DNA of 64,000 bases. Origin: Octopus sinensis. Lineage: Eukaryota. A model generated the notes under the pieces. That model saw nothing but the letters and a program-made list of their open reading frames with translations. It did not search any database and was not told the DNA's origin. Location: NCBI RefSeq assembly GCF_006345805.1, contig NC_042998.1, forward strand, positions 28,396,001 through 28,460,000, given 5' to 3'. Shown one piece after another: positions 37,801-51,197 of this stretch. Position numbers and translations under genes: made by a program. Position 1 is the first letter of the stretch. Each line of letters opens with the position of its first letter.

Positions 37801-38209
37801 GTCACTGGGGCTTATACTACCGCAAAAGCTACTATTCGTACTGTTTGTTTTTGTGGTTATTTTTTATTGTTTTCTCTTGTTTATGTAGCTGTTAATAGTT
37901 ATTCACACTGAATTTTCTCTGATCTTAGGCATTGACAGCGTTTCACGAATTTCTCCAAATGCAAGGTGGAATTTTGATCATTATAGTTGTTTAAGACGTT
38001 CTCACCAAAATGATGGGATGTCAAAATTAGCTGTCCCTCCTCCTCTAAACACAGTTATTTAGCCCCACCATTTGCTGGCATGAAGGAAATATTGTTATTT
38101 ATAAAATTAACAAGTCTTAGGGAAAGGGCAGTCGGTGGAAGGGAATTTTGACCGATATGGTGCCAGTCAAATTAAAGAGGTGCCATTTTCTCTGAAATAT
38201 TAATGCTGG

Positions 38210-38281
38210 TTGTTGGTAGTATGGTGGTAAGTATCCCCGCCTGTCACGCGGGAGACTGGGGTTCGATTCCCCGCCGGGGAG
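38210..38281 (+). tRNA. tRNA-Asp(GTC), probably a pseudogene (damaged 5' acceptor strand)
   Basis: GTATCCCCGCCTGTCACGCGGGAGACTGGGGTTCGATTCCCCGCCGGGGAG matches eukaryotic tRNA-Asp; anticodon 38243-38245; acceptor TTGTTGG/CCGGGGA has three G-U pairs and one mismatch. Confidence 0.85.
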
Positions 38282-38310
38282 ACGTTAACGGTTAACGCCG
38301 CCTTTATTCC

Positions 38311-38314
38311 TTTT
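38311..38314 (+). terminator. Candidate Pol III T4 terminator
   Basis: First run of four T, 30 nt downstream of the tRNA. Confidence 0.4.
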
Positions 38315-38315
38315 A

Positions 38316-38707
38316 AGGCGTAGGAATGGCTGTGTGGTAAGTAGCTTGCTTACCAGCCACATGGCTCCGGGTTCAGTCATACTGCGTGGCACCTTGGGCA
38401 AGTGTCTTCTACTATAGCCTCGGGCCGACCAAAGACTTGTGAGTGGATTTGGTTGACGGAAACTGAAAGAAGCCCGTCGTATATATGTATATGTGTGTAT
38501 ATGTTTGTGTTTGTCCCCCCAACATCGCTTCACAACCGGTGCTGGTGTGTTTACGTCCCTGTAACTTAGCGGTTCGGTCAAAGAGACCGATATAATAAGT
38601 ACTAGGCTTACAAAGAATAAGTCCTGGGATCGATCTGCTCGACTAAAGGCGGTGCTCCAGCATGGCCACAGTCAAATGACTGAAACAAGTAAAAGAGTAA
38701 AAGAGTA
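38316..38707 (+). mobile_element. SINE family A
   Basis: Full length, (TAAAAGAG)n tail. Confidence 0.9.
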
Positions 38708-39315
38708 CTTATAGTGACACAGTATTTCGCTACGCAGGCATAATGTTACTAATAAAGACTATATTAAACGTCATGACCGTGCTCTATTGTGTTAGCAGTA
38801 CTCTTACATGACTTATTAAGACTATCTCTATAGATTTTCTATAGAAATTACAGCCATTGTAGTCGCTCACATGAAGCGTCTCGGATACGAAGAGTAACAA
38901 AATCAATGAGATAACCATAACAAGTTTCTCTGAAATATTTGTCTGTCAAATTTAAAAAAAAAAGTGTTATTTTCTAAACATTTTTCTATTTGTTTTTGAC
39001 ACATATAACATTGGTATAGGTGTTAATTCTACTAAAGCAATTAATACTATAATTGCATCACAACAGCTAAAGCAGAGAAATCTGCCAGTAGAAACAAAAT
39101 CACCGTCACCAGTGTAACAACGACCATGACAACGTAATCACCACTTAAGCAAATGAACTCTTAGCGTTCGAAAGCTTCGTCACAGCAGACTACAGGGGAA
39201 CCTTTTTGGTCATGAAGGTCACCTTACAATTCATCGCTCCTCATAGAGGCCGCATTGAACAAATATTTTTTGTCATTTTATCCCTAAGCTTAGGCCGCTA
39301 AGTAATTTAATAATA

Positions 39316-39580
39316 TTTCGTTTTTGGATTTGGTTTGCAAGATTCTTTATATGAGTTCGTGTGTTGAAGCATATTCTGTTGTGTCTGGGGAGAGTCATTT
39401 TCTTATAATATAATATAATATAATGTAATATAATATAATATAATATAATATAATATCGAGTCAAAACAATCGAAAAGGTTGCAAGAAGCAACAAAACTTT
39501 TAGGAAAAAATTTACCGGTGAGTGTGTTACATTATAAGGCACAAAAATAAAATGACTCTCCCCAGACGCAACAGAATAAT
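39316..39580 (-). mobile_element. Foldback family F copy 1, one arm partly replaced by (TAATA)n
   Basis: Homologous to 50927-51197 and 62781-63070 in opposite orientation. Confidence 0.75.
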
Positions 39581-39764
39581 TTAATAATAATGTCATAAAA
39601 CAAAGACAGGTGAATAAAAATTGGAAATATGACATTTTAAAATATTTTACTTAAGTAGGAACTTTTTTTTTAAATAAGTAAATGAATAATAATCTTTTAA
39701 AAAAAGTCAAGAATATGAAATTTTGAAATATTTCCTTTAGGCATGTATTTACTCTTTCTTCAAA

Positions 39765-40110
39765 TTAATGACTTCTTTGAGTTTGCTTTTTTTTTCCAGA
39801 AAGCATTTTGATATCAGGTTCTAAAATAGTGGTTCTTAGCGTCAATTGGTCCTCTAAATGCTTATCTGTCAACTGTGTTCTCAGTGAATTCTTGATTTGT
39901 GTCAAGTACGACAATGTGGATTCGCAACAGTATGTTGTAGAAAAGCAGGAAATTAGTCGGCGTGCATGTTCACAAAGACGAGAATATTCTATTGCCTTTT
40001 TTCCAAATTTCAATGAGATCGTCCCTGTTGTCAAACTGAGATTTCAGGATATTATCTTCAGACATTTCAATAAGCTTGAGACAGTTGCACTTGAGAGGCA
40101 AACCAGATGA
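39765..40110 (-). pseudogene. hAT transposase C-terminal dimerisation-domain remnant
   Basis: FSTTYCCESTLSYLTQIKNSLRTQLTDKHLEDQLTLRTTILEPDIKML...QRSH*; upstream LIEMSEDNILK in a shifted frame. Confidence 0.75.
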
Positions 40111-40195
40111 CATGACACATTTCATCTATTACAACGCACGCTACTACAGACATACAAGTTTCCAAACAAGAAGGGAGAAGAACTGCATTTATACG

Positions 40196-40410
40196 AAGGC
40201 GGTGAATTGACAGAATCGTTAGCGAACAGTGCGAACTTCTTAGTTGAATTAGGTTCGTCTTTATGTTCTTAGTTCAAATTCTGCCGAGGTCACCATTGTT
40301 TTTCAACTTTTCGGGGTCGATAAAATAAGTACCGGTGAACACTGAGGTCGATGCAATCGATTAATCCCCTGCCCCAAACTTGCTGGCCTTGTGCAAAATT
40401 TCGAAAGCAA
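40196..40410 (+). mobile_element. SINE family C
   Basis: Head, B-box and core recognisable. Confidence 0.75.
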
Positions 40411-40417
40411 TATAATC

Positions 40418-40640
40418 AAGAGCACTCAGAGAGCGCAAACCTCCATCAAGGCAACACTGACTTCCTCTCAACGATTAGCCGGAGATGAATTTTAAAATGA
40501 GAATATCTGAAATAAATTTGACTTCTCTCAAAAACGATAATACTAAAAATGAACCCGATCGCTCTCAAAAATTAAGTAAAAAGACCGGAAAAATAATCCA
40601 GAATCCTTGTCTGGTACCGGATCGATCCCAAAATCTAATC
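40418..40640 (+). mobile_element. Family H copy 2, 3'-truncated
   Basis: AAGAGCACTCAGAGAGCGCAAACCTCC... collinear with 6117-6345. Confidence 0.8.
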
Positions 40641-42039
40641 ATACACATAAGCACAAATGTTGATCTAACTGGTCCATCAGGTTGCATAGCAAAACGTCGA
40701 CCTTTAAGATGCACTAAAACAACATATTAAAGCAAATCTTCATTGTACTCTACGTCTGCATACATGTGTGTATGTGCGCGCCTGAGTACGTGCGAGTATG
40801 TGTGTGTGTATGTATATATAGGATGTATGAAGAGGAGGAGATATAGATTCACCACTATACGTGCTTGTATATACACCTATATAGATGCCAGCATTCATAT
40901 ATTTCCACAACACATTTGTATGTACCATGTTTTGTTTAACCTGCGCATTCGAAAAGCATAGGAAATTGTGAAGCGACGACATGTTTCTTTGACTCGTATA
41001 AAGTGAACTTTAGCTTTTCTGAGATCTTCCTTTTTTTTATCTATCATCTATAATGTAGTTTTCAACTCAGTTAAATAATTTTCTATTGTATCGTGAGTGA
41101 AAGACTATTACATTTAAATTTTACCTTTTGTGCCAGCTTCCTTCTCATATGCTATTGTCTGTCACAATGAACTCTAAAAGATATTAGAACATTACGTCCA
41201 AAGTGTGTTTGAAACAGATTCTTTTATTATGAATACGTTGTTTGAAAACCCATTGTATTTTCTCGGAAATAATCTCTCAGTAAGCATACATTTCATTCTT
41301 AAGACTATATTTGCTACATTTTGCTTCAATATAGCTGTTCATGTTTCCAAATAGTTTATTAAAGAAATACTACAATACTAAATTGCATTCTGATGAAAAG
41401 ACGTCAGCTAGCAACTAAACGTCCTTTCCGAAACCATGCTATAGCTATAAATTTTGAAATTCTTATGCCAATATCGTATATTTATTTCTCTCCTTTCAAT
41501 GCAATACTATACCTATTCTGACCACTTATTCAGATTAATTCTTTTAACTTATTTAAATGACTGCCGGTCTGATGCCATAAAATGTGATGAATTTTATGCA
41601 ACGTAGTTTCAATGAATATTTGGAGCTTTCTTTTATGAAGTATTGAAAATTTATCTCCTCCACATGATTGATATTTATAATGTGGTTATCTTATGACGAG
41701 ATATAGTATCTCAGATTTATGGATGAGGGAAATTTTATACGTAGATGTCCGTACAATTAGCTAGTGCATTAGTGGCCGCGTAGAAGCAAGACAAATTCAG
41801 ATATTGAGTGAAACAGGACTCCGCTCGCTAAGCGCTGATTCTACGGCTCTGTGCAGTTATTACATAAGACACTATAAGCAATTACTTACGATTATGCTGC
41901 CTGTCATTATTCCGAGAGGGATTGTGTATAAGTGTTACAATGGGTTCGATTTAATTGATTATGGAAATTCCACCATTGAATATTGCCTCATGTATAATCG
42001 CTTTATACGTTAGATTGCGATATCTCTTTTTTTTTCTCT

Positions 42040-42264
42040 CTTTTACTCTTTTACTTATTTCAGTCATCTGACTGCGGTGATGCTGGAGCACCGCCTTTAG
42101 TCGAGTAAATCGACCCCGGGACTTATTCTTTGTAAGCCTAGTACTTATTATATCGGTCTCTTTTGCCGAACCGCTAAGTGACGGGGACGTAAACAAACCA
42201 GCATCGGTTGTCAAACAATGCTAGGGGGGCAAACACTGGCACACAAACATATACACACACATAC

Positions 42265-42295
<31 letters not shown>

Positions 42296-42467
42296 CATAT
42301 ATACGACAGGCTTCTTTCAGTTTCCGTCTACCAAATCCACTCACAAGGCATTTGTCGGCCCGGGGCTATAGCAGAAGACACTTGTCTAAGATGTCACGCA
42401 GTGGGACTGAACCCAGAACCATGTGGCTGGTAAGCAATCTACTTACCACACAGCCACTCTTGCGCCT
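42040..42467 (-). mobile_element. SINE family A
   Basis: Full-length match. Confidence 0.9.
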
Positions 42468-43689
42468 ATATATATGTAAATGAAATTAAAAAAAGCAACA
42501 TTGTGTGCTATTAGACGACAGAGACACAACTGAATGACATAAAAACAATACAGCAATATGACGTAACATTGGTGGCCAAAAGTTAAGTTTCTAGAGAGCC
42601 GAGTTTGTAATGTAGATTTCGATACCGGAAGCCAGGTTACTTCAGTTACACGAATAATGTTCTCAGTAAAAGTATAAAGTTACTAATATTCTGTTTGGCT
42701 TTATCGTCAAGTAACAGATTTTTTTTTTCCGAAGCAACAGAAATTAATTAAATTATTCTGAAAAAATCATCTTGATATAGAAAATTATGTCGTATTATCA
42801 TAATATAATTTTACAGCTTTCTTGTTGTTTAAATTACTTTCATCCTACCTCTAATACGCATGTTGATGCACCACGTTATACACATACAGACACAGACACA
42901 GACACATACTTATAGCACAGACATACACTTTTGTGTATCTGTCAGTTACATCCGAATAAATTAAGTTTGACTCGAACGATATAAAGAGATACTCTACTTA
43001 TACTAATTAAAAAAAAACAATTCTATAGGGAAACAAATGCTATTCTAGTGTAAAAGTCATTGATGTTGGGACAAAATCTATTCATTTACGATTCACTAAT
43101 GAATGCTTCCGGTATATGAACACGCAGGTCAACTCTAATCACTTTTAATTGATTAAATTCGTTAGCCTGTAAACAATAACGTGATTTTAAAGAGACCAGA
43201 ATTATGACATTGCTGGCCAAACCTTTGATTATATGATTTCTATTGAAAATGTTCGTAATTAAATAGCGAATCGCTATATTCTTATCTAGTGTAGCATCTC
43301 ACAAAATGGCTGTCGGTGAACGATTCCATTGACGACAGCTTTATTTTCGTACTTCAATTTTTGTTTGTAAACTCTTGGAAAAGAAATCATCCGAGAAACA
43401 AGTCTGAGGTAGAGGTCCCCGCTCCTCTTCAGGATAGGACACGTAAAGTGAGACAGTAGAAACAAACGCACGTAATCACGACCACAAGACACATAGAAAT
43501 ATGCACACATGTGATGGCTGCCCCCTCGTTACCGAGTATGGCCATTGCACGAGGTCTTAACTGTTATCGGTGCTGTGATGGAATGTGGTTTTTAGCCCAG
43601 CTAAAGATCTACAATGTATTGTGCAGAATTGGCCGCTAAAACCTTTACCCGAAATAATCACGATCACAAGACACACAAATAGTCACACA

Positions 43690-43884
43690 TATACATACAT
43701 ACATACATACATACATACATACATACATACATACATACATACATACATAAATACATACATACATACATACATACATAAATACATACAAAAAGATACATAC
43801 ATACATAAATACATACACACATACATACATACATACATACATACATACATACATACATACATACATACATGCATACATAAATAC
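43690..43884. repeat. (ATAC)n microsatellite
   Basis: Directly visible. Confidence 0.95.
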
Positions 43885-45470
43885 ATCATCATCATCATCA
43901 TCATCATCGTTTAGCGTCCGTTTTCCATGCTAGCATGGGTTGGACGGGTCAACTGGGGTCTGTGAAGCTGGAAAGCTTCGTCAGGCCCAGTCAGATCTGG
44001 CAGTGTTTCTACGGCTGGATGCCCTTCCTAACGCCAACCACTCCGCGAGTGTAGTGGGTGTTTTTTACGTGCCACCTGCACAGGTGCCAGACAGAGCTGG
44101 CGAACGGCCACGAACGGATGGTGCTTTTACGTGTCACCGGCACGGGGCCAGGCGATGCTGGCAACGGACACGAACGGATGGTGCTTTTACGTGCCACCGA
44201 CACGGGGCCAGACAGAGCTGGCAACCGGCCACGAACGGACGGTGCTTTTACGTGTCACCGGCACGGGGGCCAGCCCAGGCTGGCAACGGACGCGAACGGA
44301 TGGTGCTTTTACGTGCCACCGACACGGTTGCCAGACAGAGCTGGCAAACGGCCACGAGCGGACGGTGCATTTACGTGTCACCGGCACGGGGGCCAGCCGA
44401 GGCTGGCAACGGACACGGACGGATGGTGCTTTTACGTGCCACCGACACGGGGCCAGACAGAGCTGGCAAACGGCCACGAACGGATGGTGCTTTTACGTGT
44501 CACCGGCACGGGGGCCAGCCGAGGCTGGCAACGGACGCGAACAGATGGTGCTTTTACGTGCCACCGACACGGTTGCCAGACAGAGCTGGCAAACGGCCAC
44601 GAGCGGACGGTGCTTTTACGTGACACCGGCACGGGGGCAGCCGAGGCTGGCAACGGACACGGACGGATGGTGCTTTTACGTGCCACCGACACGGGGCCAG
44701 ACAGAGCTGGCAAACGGCCACGAACGGATGGTGCTTTTACGTGCCACCGACACGGGGCCAGACAGAGCTGGCCAACGGCCACGAACGGACGGTGCTTTTA
44801 CGTGTCACCGGCACGGGGCCAGGCGAGGCTGGCAACGAACACGAACGGATGGTGCTTTTACGTGCCACCGACACGGGGCCAGGCAGAGCTGGCAAACGGC
44901 CATGAGCGAATGGTGCTTTTACGTATCACCGGCACGGGTGCCAGACGAGGCTGACAGCGGACACGAACAGATGGGTCACTTAACCCCTGCTTTCTGATAT
45001 ATGATTTGATTTTGTGTTCTCACTGGTCTTGCCGGGTCTTCTCACGCACAGTATACTTCCATAGGTCTCGGTCTCTGGTCATTTCCTTGGTGAGACCTAG
45101 AGTTCGAAGGTCGTGCTTCACCACCTCGACCCAGGTTTTCCTGGGTCTACTTCTTCCACAGGTCCCCTCAACTGCCAGGGTGTGGCACTTTTTCACACAC
45201 CTATCTTCATCCATTCTCACCACATGACCATACCAGCGCAATCGTCTCTCTTGCACACAACATCTGATTCCTCTTAGGTCCACTTTTCTCTCAAGGTACT
45301 TACACTCTGTCGACTATGAACACTGACATTACACATCCAACGGAGCATACTAGCTTCATTTCTCGCGAGCTTACGCATGTCCTCAGCAGTCACGGCCCAT
45401 GTTTCACTGCCATGTAGCATGGCTGTTCGTACACATGCATCATACAGTCTGCCTTTTACTCTGAGCACAC
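43885..45470 (-). mobile_element. RTE-clade LINE 3' end: ORF C-terminus, minisatellite, module D, (GAT)n tail
   Basis: VKGRLYDACVRTAMLHGSETWA...RRLRWYGHVVRM...GRSRPRKTW (frameshift near 45283); tail at 43885-43908. Confidence 0.8.
44068..44980. repeat. GC-rich minisatellite, about 15 units of 60-62 bp, alternating A/B types
   Basis: GGTGCTTTTACGTG recurs every ~61 bp; A = GACAGAGCTGGCAAACGGCC, B = GCCGAGGCTGGCAACGGAC. Confidence 0.95.
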
Positions 45471-45473
45471 ATA

Positions 45474-45970
45474 TAAATGCATACATACATACATAGATAC
45501 ATACATGCATGCATACATACATACATACATACATACAAACATACATACATACATACATACATACATGCATACATACATGCATACATACATGCATGCATAC
45601 ATACATACATACATACAAACATACATACATACATACATGCATACATACATAGATACATACATGCATGCATACATACATACATACATACATACAAACATGC
45701 ATACATACATACATACAAACATACATACATACATACATACAAACATACATACATACATACATACAAACATACATACATACATACATACATACATACATAC
45801 ATGCATACATACATACATACATACAAACATACATACATACATACATACATACATACATACATACATGCATACATACATGCATACATACATACATACATAC
45901 ATACATACATGCATACATACATGCATACATACATACATGCATACATACATACATGCATACATACATATAT
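45474..45970. repeat. Long imperfect (ATAC)n microsatellite
   Basis: Directly visible. Confidence 0.95.
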
Positions 45971-46199
45971 ATGAGTGGACAAATAGCTGATACTTAAATT
46001 GGAAGACCACTCAAGAGTTTTTTTTTTTTACTAAAAGTACGATATTCATTATTATTTTTTATATTGAGGTGGTTGACCGTGAATTTGAAGTTTCGGTTTA
46101 CTCGTTTGGATTTCCAATCTTTAAACACAGTATTTTGGCAGGGCTGTATTTTGTAGCTTGAGCATTGTATCTGAGAGTTAGGTGTGAGATAATTTTGTA

Positions 46200-46386
46200 A
46201 GGCCTAGGAATGGCTGTGTGGAGGGTAGCTTGCTTACCAGCCACATGGTTCAGGTTCAGTCCCTCTGCGTGGCACCTTCGGCAAGTGTTTTCTATTATAG
46301 CCTCGCGCCGACCAAAGTCTTCTGAGTAGATTTGGTAGACGGAAACTGAAAGAAGCCCGTCGTATATATGTATATATATATATATA

Positions 46387-46432
<46 letters not shown>

Positions 46433-46660
46433 TGCGTGTATGTGTGTATGTTTGCGTGTCTGTGTTTGTCCCCCACCCAGCATCACTTGACAACCGATGC
46501 TGGTGTGTTTATGTCCACGTAACTTAGCGGTTCGGCAAAAGACACCGACAGAATAAGTACTTGGCTTACAAAGAATAAGTCCTGGGGTCGATTTGCTCGA
46601 CAAAAGGCGGTGCTCCAGCATGGCCACAGTCAAATGACTGAAACGAGTAAAAGAGTAAAA
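46200..46660 (+). mobile_element. SINE family A
   Basis: Full-length match. Confidence 0.9.
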
Positions 46661-47114
46661 GTGTATGCGAAAAACAAAAACAAAAGTGCTTGTCTAGGAA
46701 GTGGAATGGAAAACGACAGGAGGTAAGGAAATATTTGTCTGTTGTGGGTAGAGAGAGTTTCTTTGGTTTGATAAGGCTATTCTTTATCGTTCCCGTTCAC
46801 TCATGCACGTATGGACAATAGAATTCTAGACGTAAACTAGACATGTATTTGTTCGTGTGGTAGGTACGTCGTATTCAGGTCATAGTTTGTGTTCGTAGAA
46901 AGTATTTAAGAGAATAATCGTGATTCTTCGTTATTAAAGTCTTGTTACAGATGTATAGGATACTGTTATGCTATTTTAGGGTCCATAAAAGGGTGTGTTT
47001 AAATATTATCAAATCGATTCTTAAGGAAGTGTATGTCAGAGTGACAAATGCTAGCGTTAGTGTTAAATAATAGCGCTCTTTAGATCAAAACGCTTTTCTT
47101 TTTTTTCCTTTATA

Positions 47115-47465
47115 TTTGCTTCAATCCTCAGACTGAGTCATGCTGGGACACTGACTTAAATAATTTTTAGTTCAATGAATCTACTCCAGTGATCATTTTA
47201 TATTAAAGCCTGGTACTTATCTCATCGGTTTCTTTTGCTGAACTGTGAAGTCTAGCGGTGGTGGGGGACAAAACACACACAGACATTCCACACACCCCAT
47301 GCTATGGACTTCTTTCATTTTCTGTCTACCAAACCCACTCACAAGACTCTGGTCTGCCCGGAGCTATAACAGAAGACACTTTCCAAATGTGCCATGCTGC
47401 GGAACTGAAACTGGATCCATGTTGTTGGAAAGCAAGCTTCTTACCGCATTGTTATGTCTACGCTT
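47115..47465 (-). mobile_element. SINE family A, old diverged copy
   Basis: Collinear but heavily substituted. Confidence 0.7.
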
Positions 47466-47502
47466 ATAGATTTTGCTACTATAAAACAGAAAGAGACAGG
47501 AT

Positions 47503-47745
47503 ACTCTTTACTCTCTTTACTCTTTTACTTGTTTCAGCCATTTCACTGTGGCCATGCTGGAGCACCGCCTTTAGTCGAACAAACCGACCCCAGGACTTTT
47601 TCTTTGTAAGCCTAGTACTTATTATATCGGGCTCTTTTTCGAACCGCTATGTTACGGGGACGTAAACAGACCAGCACTTGTTCTCAAGTGATGTTGGGGG
47701 GACAAACACAGACACCCAAACATACATACACACACTCACACACAC

Positions 47746-47790
<45 letters not shown>

Positions 47791-47962
47791 CATATATACG
47801 ATGGGCTTCTTTCAATTTCCGTCTACCAAATCGACTCACGAGGCTTTGGTTTGCCCGAGGCTATAGTAGAAGACACTTGCCCAAGTTGCCACGCAGTGGG
47901 ACTGAACCCGGAACCATGTGGCTGGTAAGCAAGCTACTTACCACTCAGCCACTCCTACGCCT
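47503..47962 (-). mobile_element. SINE family A
   Basis: Full-length match. Confidence 0.9.
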
Positions 47963-48851
47963 ATGGAGAAATACTTTAGATAATTTGTTATTCTTTTTAG
48001 AATAATAATCAATAAATTCGTGTGTTATACGGCAAAATCGAGGTTAAAGAGAAAACCCCTTCTAGTATTACTTGCGACTATTTACGTCCTGCATTCAAAT
48101 ATTAATAGGGGTGACTTTCTTCGTCTGAGATCGATACTCCAAAGTACTTGGGTTAATCTGATAAGATATAAACTCCCTGAAATACGTGGCCTTGTCCGCG
48201 TGTTAGTAATCGATATTATTAATTAATTAGATGCAACCTTTTTATATATTGTAATTAACTTGAATCTTTCTAGTTGCTTAATTAAATGAATAAAAAAATG
48301 CATTTGCAGATTTGATATCGTACACCACAAAAATAATTTCAAATAAATATTAATGTTTAATGCAATTAACTGAGTTTTGAAAGATAAAAGCAAATGATAG
48401 TACGTATATCCTAAGTTTTCTCGCTATCACTTTATATTAAATCAGTTTGCCGAATGTTTGTTAACATTAATTAAACACCATTTTTAATGTGTCACTTCAC
48501 AAAGCGCTTACAATATTTTTAGGTTGTATTTATCGAACAATTCTAAAGAGTTTAAATATTTGTGTCTGTACATTACTTTCCTCTGATCTTCTTTGCCTTT
48601 CCGTGTTTACTTGTGGTTAAGTAGCCATCATTTAAAAAAAATATTTTCAATTTTTAATTACATTCAAGCGTAAAAATTTGGTTTTAGCAATAAAGTAAAA
48701 TAAATTGAAAAGCAGGTGAAGGAAATATCTGAATAAACTGAAAGCTAATAACAAGATAATAACTAAACGGCATATTAAAAAAGATGACAAATAAAAGAAA
48801 AAACAAATGGAAATCGAAGGGATAGATGGTGCCATATAAAACACAGTCTCG

Positions 48852-49218
48852 AGGCGCAATGGCCCAGTGGCTAGGGTAGCGGACTCGCGGCCGTAGAATC
48901 GCGGTTTCGATTCCCAGACTGGGTGTCATGAGTGTTTATTGACCGAAAATAACTAAAGCTCCACGATGCGGTGGTAGCGAACCCTGCTGCACTCTTTCCC
49001 CACAACTTTTCTCATTCTTTCTTCCTGTTTCTATTAATATCTGTATTTCAAAGGGCCAGCCTTGTCACACTCTGTGTCACGCTGAATCTCTCGGAGAACT
49101 ACGTTAAGGGTAGACATGTCTATGGAGTGCTCAGCCACTTACACGTTAATTTCACAAGCAGGCTGTTCCGCTGATCGGATCACCTGGAACCCTCGTCGTC
49201 GTAACCGACGGAGTGCCA
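48852..49218 (+). mobile_element. SINE family G
   Basis: Collinear with 27194-27575. Confidence 0.85.
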
Positions 49219-49246
49219 CGAATACATAGTAAAATAATTTAATATT

Positions 49247-49460
49247 GCTTTCAAATTTCAGCACAAGGCCAATAATTTTGGGGTAGGGACTAGTTGATTA
49301 AATCGACCACTGTACTCAACTGGTACTTATTTTATCGACCCCTAAATGATGAAAGGTGAAGTCGACCTCGGCGGAATTTGAACTCAAAATATAAGGATGA
49401 GTGAAATACCACATATGATTTTGCCGGGGGTGCTAACGTTTCTGCCAGCGCACAACCTTA
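49247..49460 (-). mobile_element. SINE family C
   Basis: Core and head recognisable. Confidence 0.8.
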
Positions 49461-49509
49461 AAAAATAAAAGACTTGAGAGCGAGAGGGATTTTATTAATA
49501 TCGGTTTCA

Positions 49510-49733
49510 AATTTTGGTCCACGCTGGCAAGTTCAGTGCTGGTGTGGCGGCTGGGGGGATAGTACGTCAACAACAGCGACCCCTGTACTCAGCTCTCACT
49601 TATTTTATAAACTTCCAAAGAATGAAAAGTAGAGATGACCTCGGCGGAATTTGGACTCAGAACGTAAAATGTAGCCAAATGCCGCTAAGCATTTTACGCG
49701 GCGTGCAAATATTTCTGCCCTCTCGCTGCCTTA
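49510..49733 (-). mobile_element. SINE family C, diverged
   Basis: GACCTCGGCGGAATTTGGACTCAGAACG and head. Confidence 0.7.
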
Positions 49734-50926
49734 AAAATGATTTGATATTAATAAAAAAAAGAATGAATTATTTTTACAAAAGTACGACGTCATCGACTAT
49801 GCATAAAAAGTAGGAGACTTCAAAGTCTGAAAATAAATTACACAAATATATAAAATTTCCAACAAACTAACTCCAATTTTATAAACACTATTATAATCAA
49901 ATTGACAGAAGGTAGTGGATTGTCACGTCCGACTTGAACGCTTTTAATCATGGGCCTGCTCCATCCTAATCAGGAATAATTAACTGGATCCAAACTGCAA
50001 AATTATTGAGTACAGATCTATTAAATAGATTTCGGATGAACAACAGTGAAAGGTAAAATGATAACAGACCAAACGAATGGAAATGATAACTGTATAACAT
50101 GTTCAGGATAAGTGAATAGGTTAAGTTCGTTGAACAGTAAAGATATTTACAGATCTCATGTTAAGACTACAAACAATGGAATGCAAATTAGGCGAAATAT
50201 TGGATTCGCATTGGATGAAGTTAAGGGTATTCCAATTCAGATGGCCTTTTATATTATTCCGTCGACTATGCTCTTTTGTATGTCTGTTCCGGTAGAGATG
50301 GAATTATCCATAAAAACTTCTAATGATTTTCAACCAGAGCATTAATTCTGATATCAAATACAGTCACCGAGAGCTCATTCCGCTTGTTCTAGTTCATTGC
50401 CGTATTTATGAGAGAAAGGGACAAGCTAAGGACATCAGTTTATATCCAATCAGTTTTAACAAGCGAAGAAAGAATAAAAAAGGTTAATTAAGAGTTTGAG
50501 ACCTAGAGATTAACCGAGCAAGATATGCATTAAATGTTACCATATCTCCGATAATTAACGATAAAAGCGCTAATAAAAATGCCATTCTCATCACAAGCGT
50601 TCAGGGATCTCTAATACTGTATAAAGTTTAACTAAAACAAAACATTTGACACGATTTTAGTTACTTGTTCTCTGCCAACAGTATGACTGCTGCACATCTG
50701 CATATAGTGTTGACATCCTGCATGAGATAATTTGGCATATAAAAGATATGCTTCTTCAGATATATCTTTTTATGAATTGTATTCTTATGATATAAGTTTA
50801 CCTACATTGCACACGTTAAAATAATATCTATTGTAGTATTTAGAGTTCAAATTCTGCCGACGTTATCTTTGTGTCCTGTTAAACTGGAATCAATTATGTG
50901 AGTATAAACCATCTATTTGCACAACA

Positions 50927-51197
50927 ATATTCTGTTGTGTCTAGGGAGAGCCATTTTCTTTTTGTGCCTTATAATGTAACACACTCACCGGTAATATTCC
51001 CACTTATTTCTTATTTTTATTTTCCTGAAATTTTCCTTGCGTCTTGCAACCTTTTCAATAGTCTTGGCTCTTTTTACTGGTGAGTGTGTTACATTATAAA
51101 GCACAAAAAGAAAATGACTCTCCCCAGACACAACAGAATATGCTTCAACACACGAACTCATATAAAGAATCTTGCAAACCAAATCCAAAAACGAAAT
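50927..51197 (+). mobile_element. Foldback family F copy 2
   Basis: 68-bp inverted arms 50927-50994 / 51074-51141 plus a one-sided extension. Confidence 0.8.

Noticed and set aside
41386-41440. CTGATGA...hairpin...CCGAAACC hammerhead-like arrangement
   Set aside because: Lacks the NUH cleavage triplet and stem III; stem II does not abut the core
43940-44997. 227-298 aa ORFs and CRISPR-like periodicity
   Set aside because: The ORFs are open only because the GC-rich tandem unit lacks stops. The inter-repeat segments are near-identical rather than unique spacers, there are no cas genes, and the context is eukaryotic
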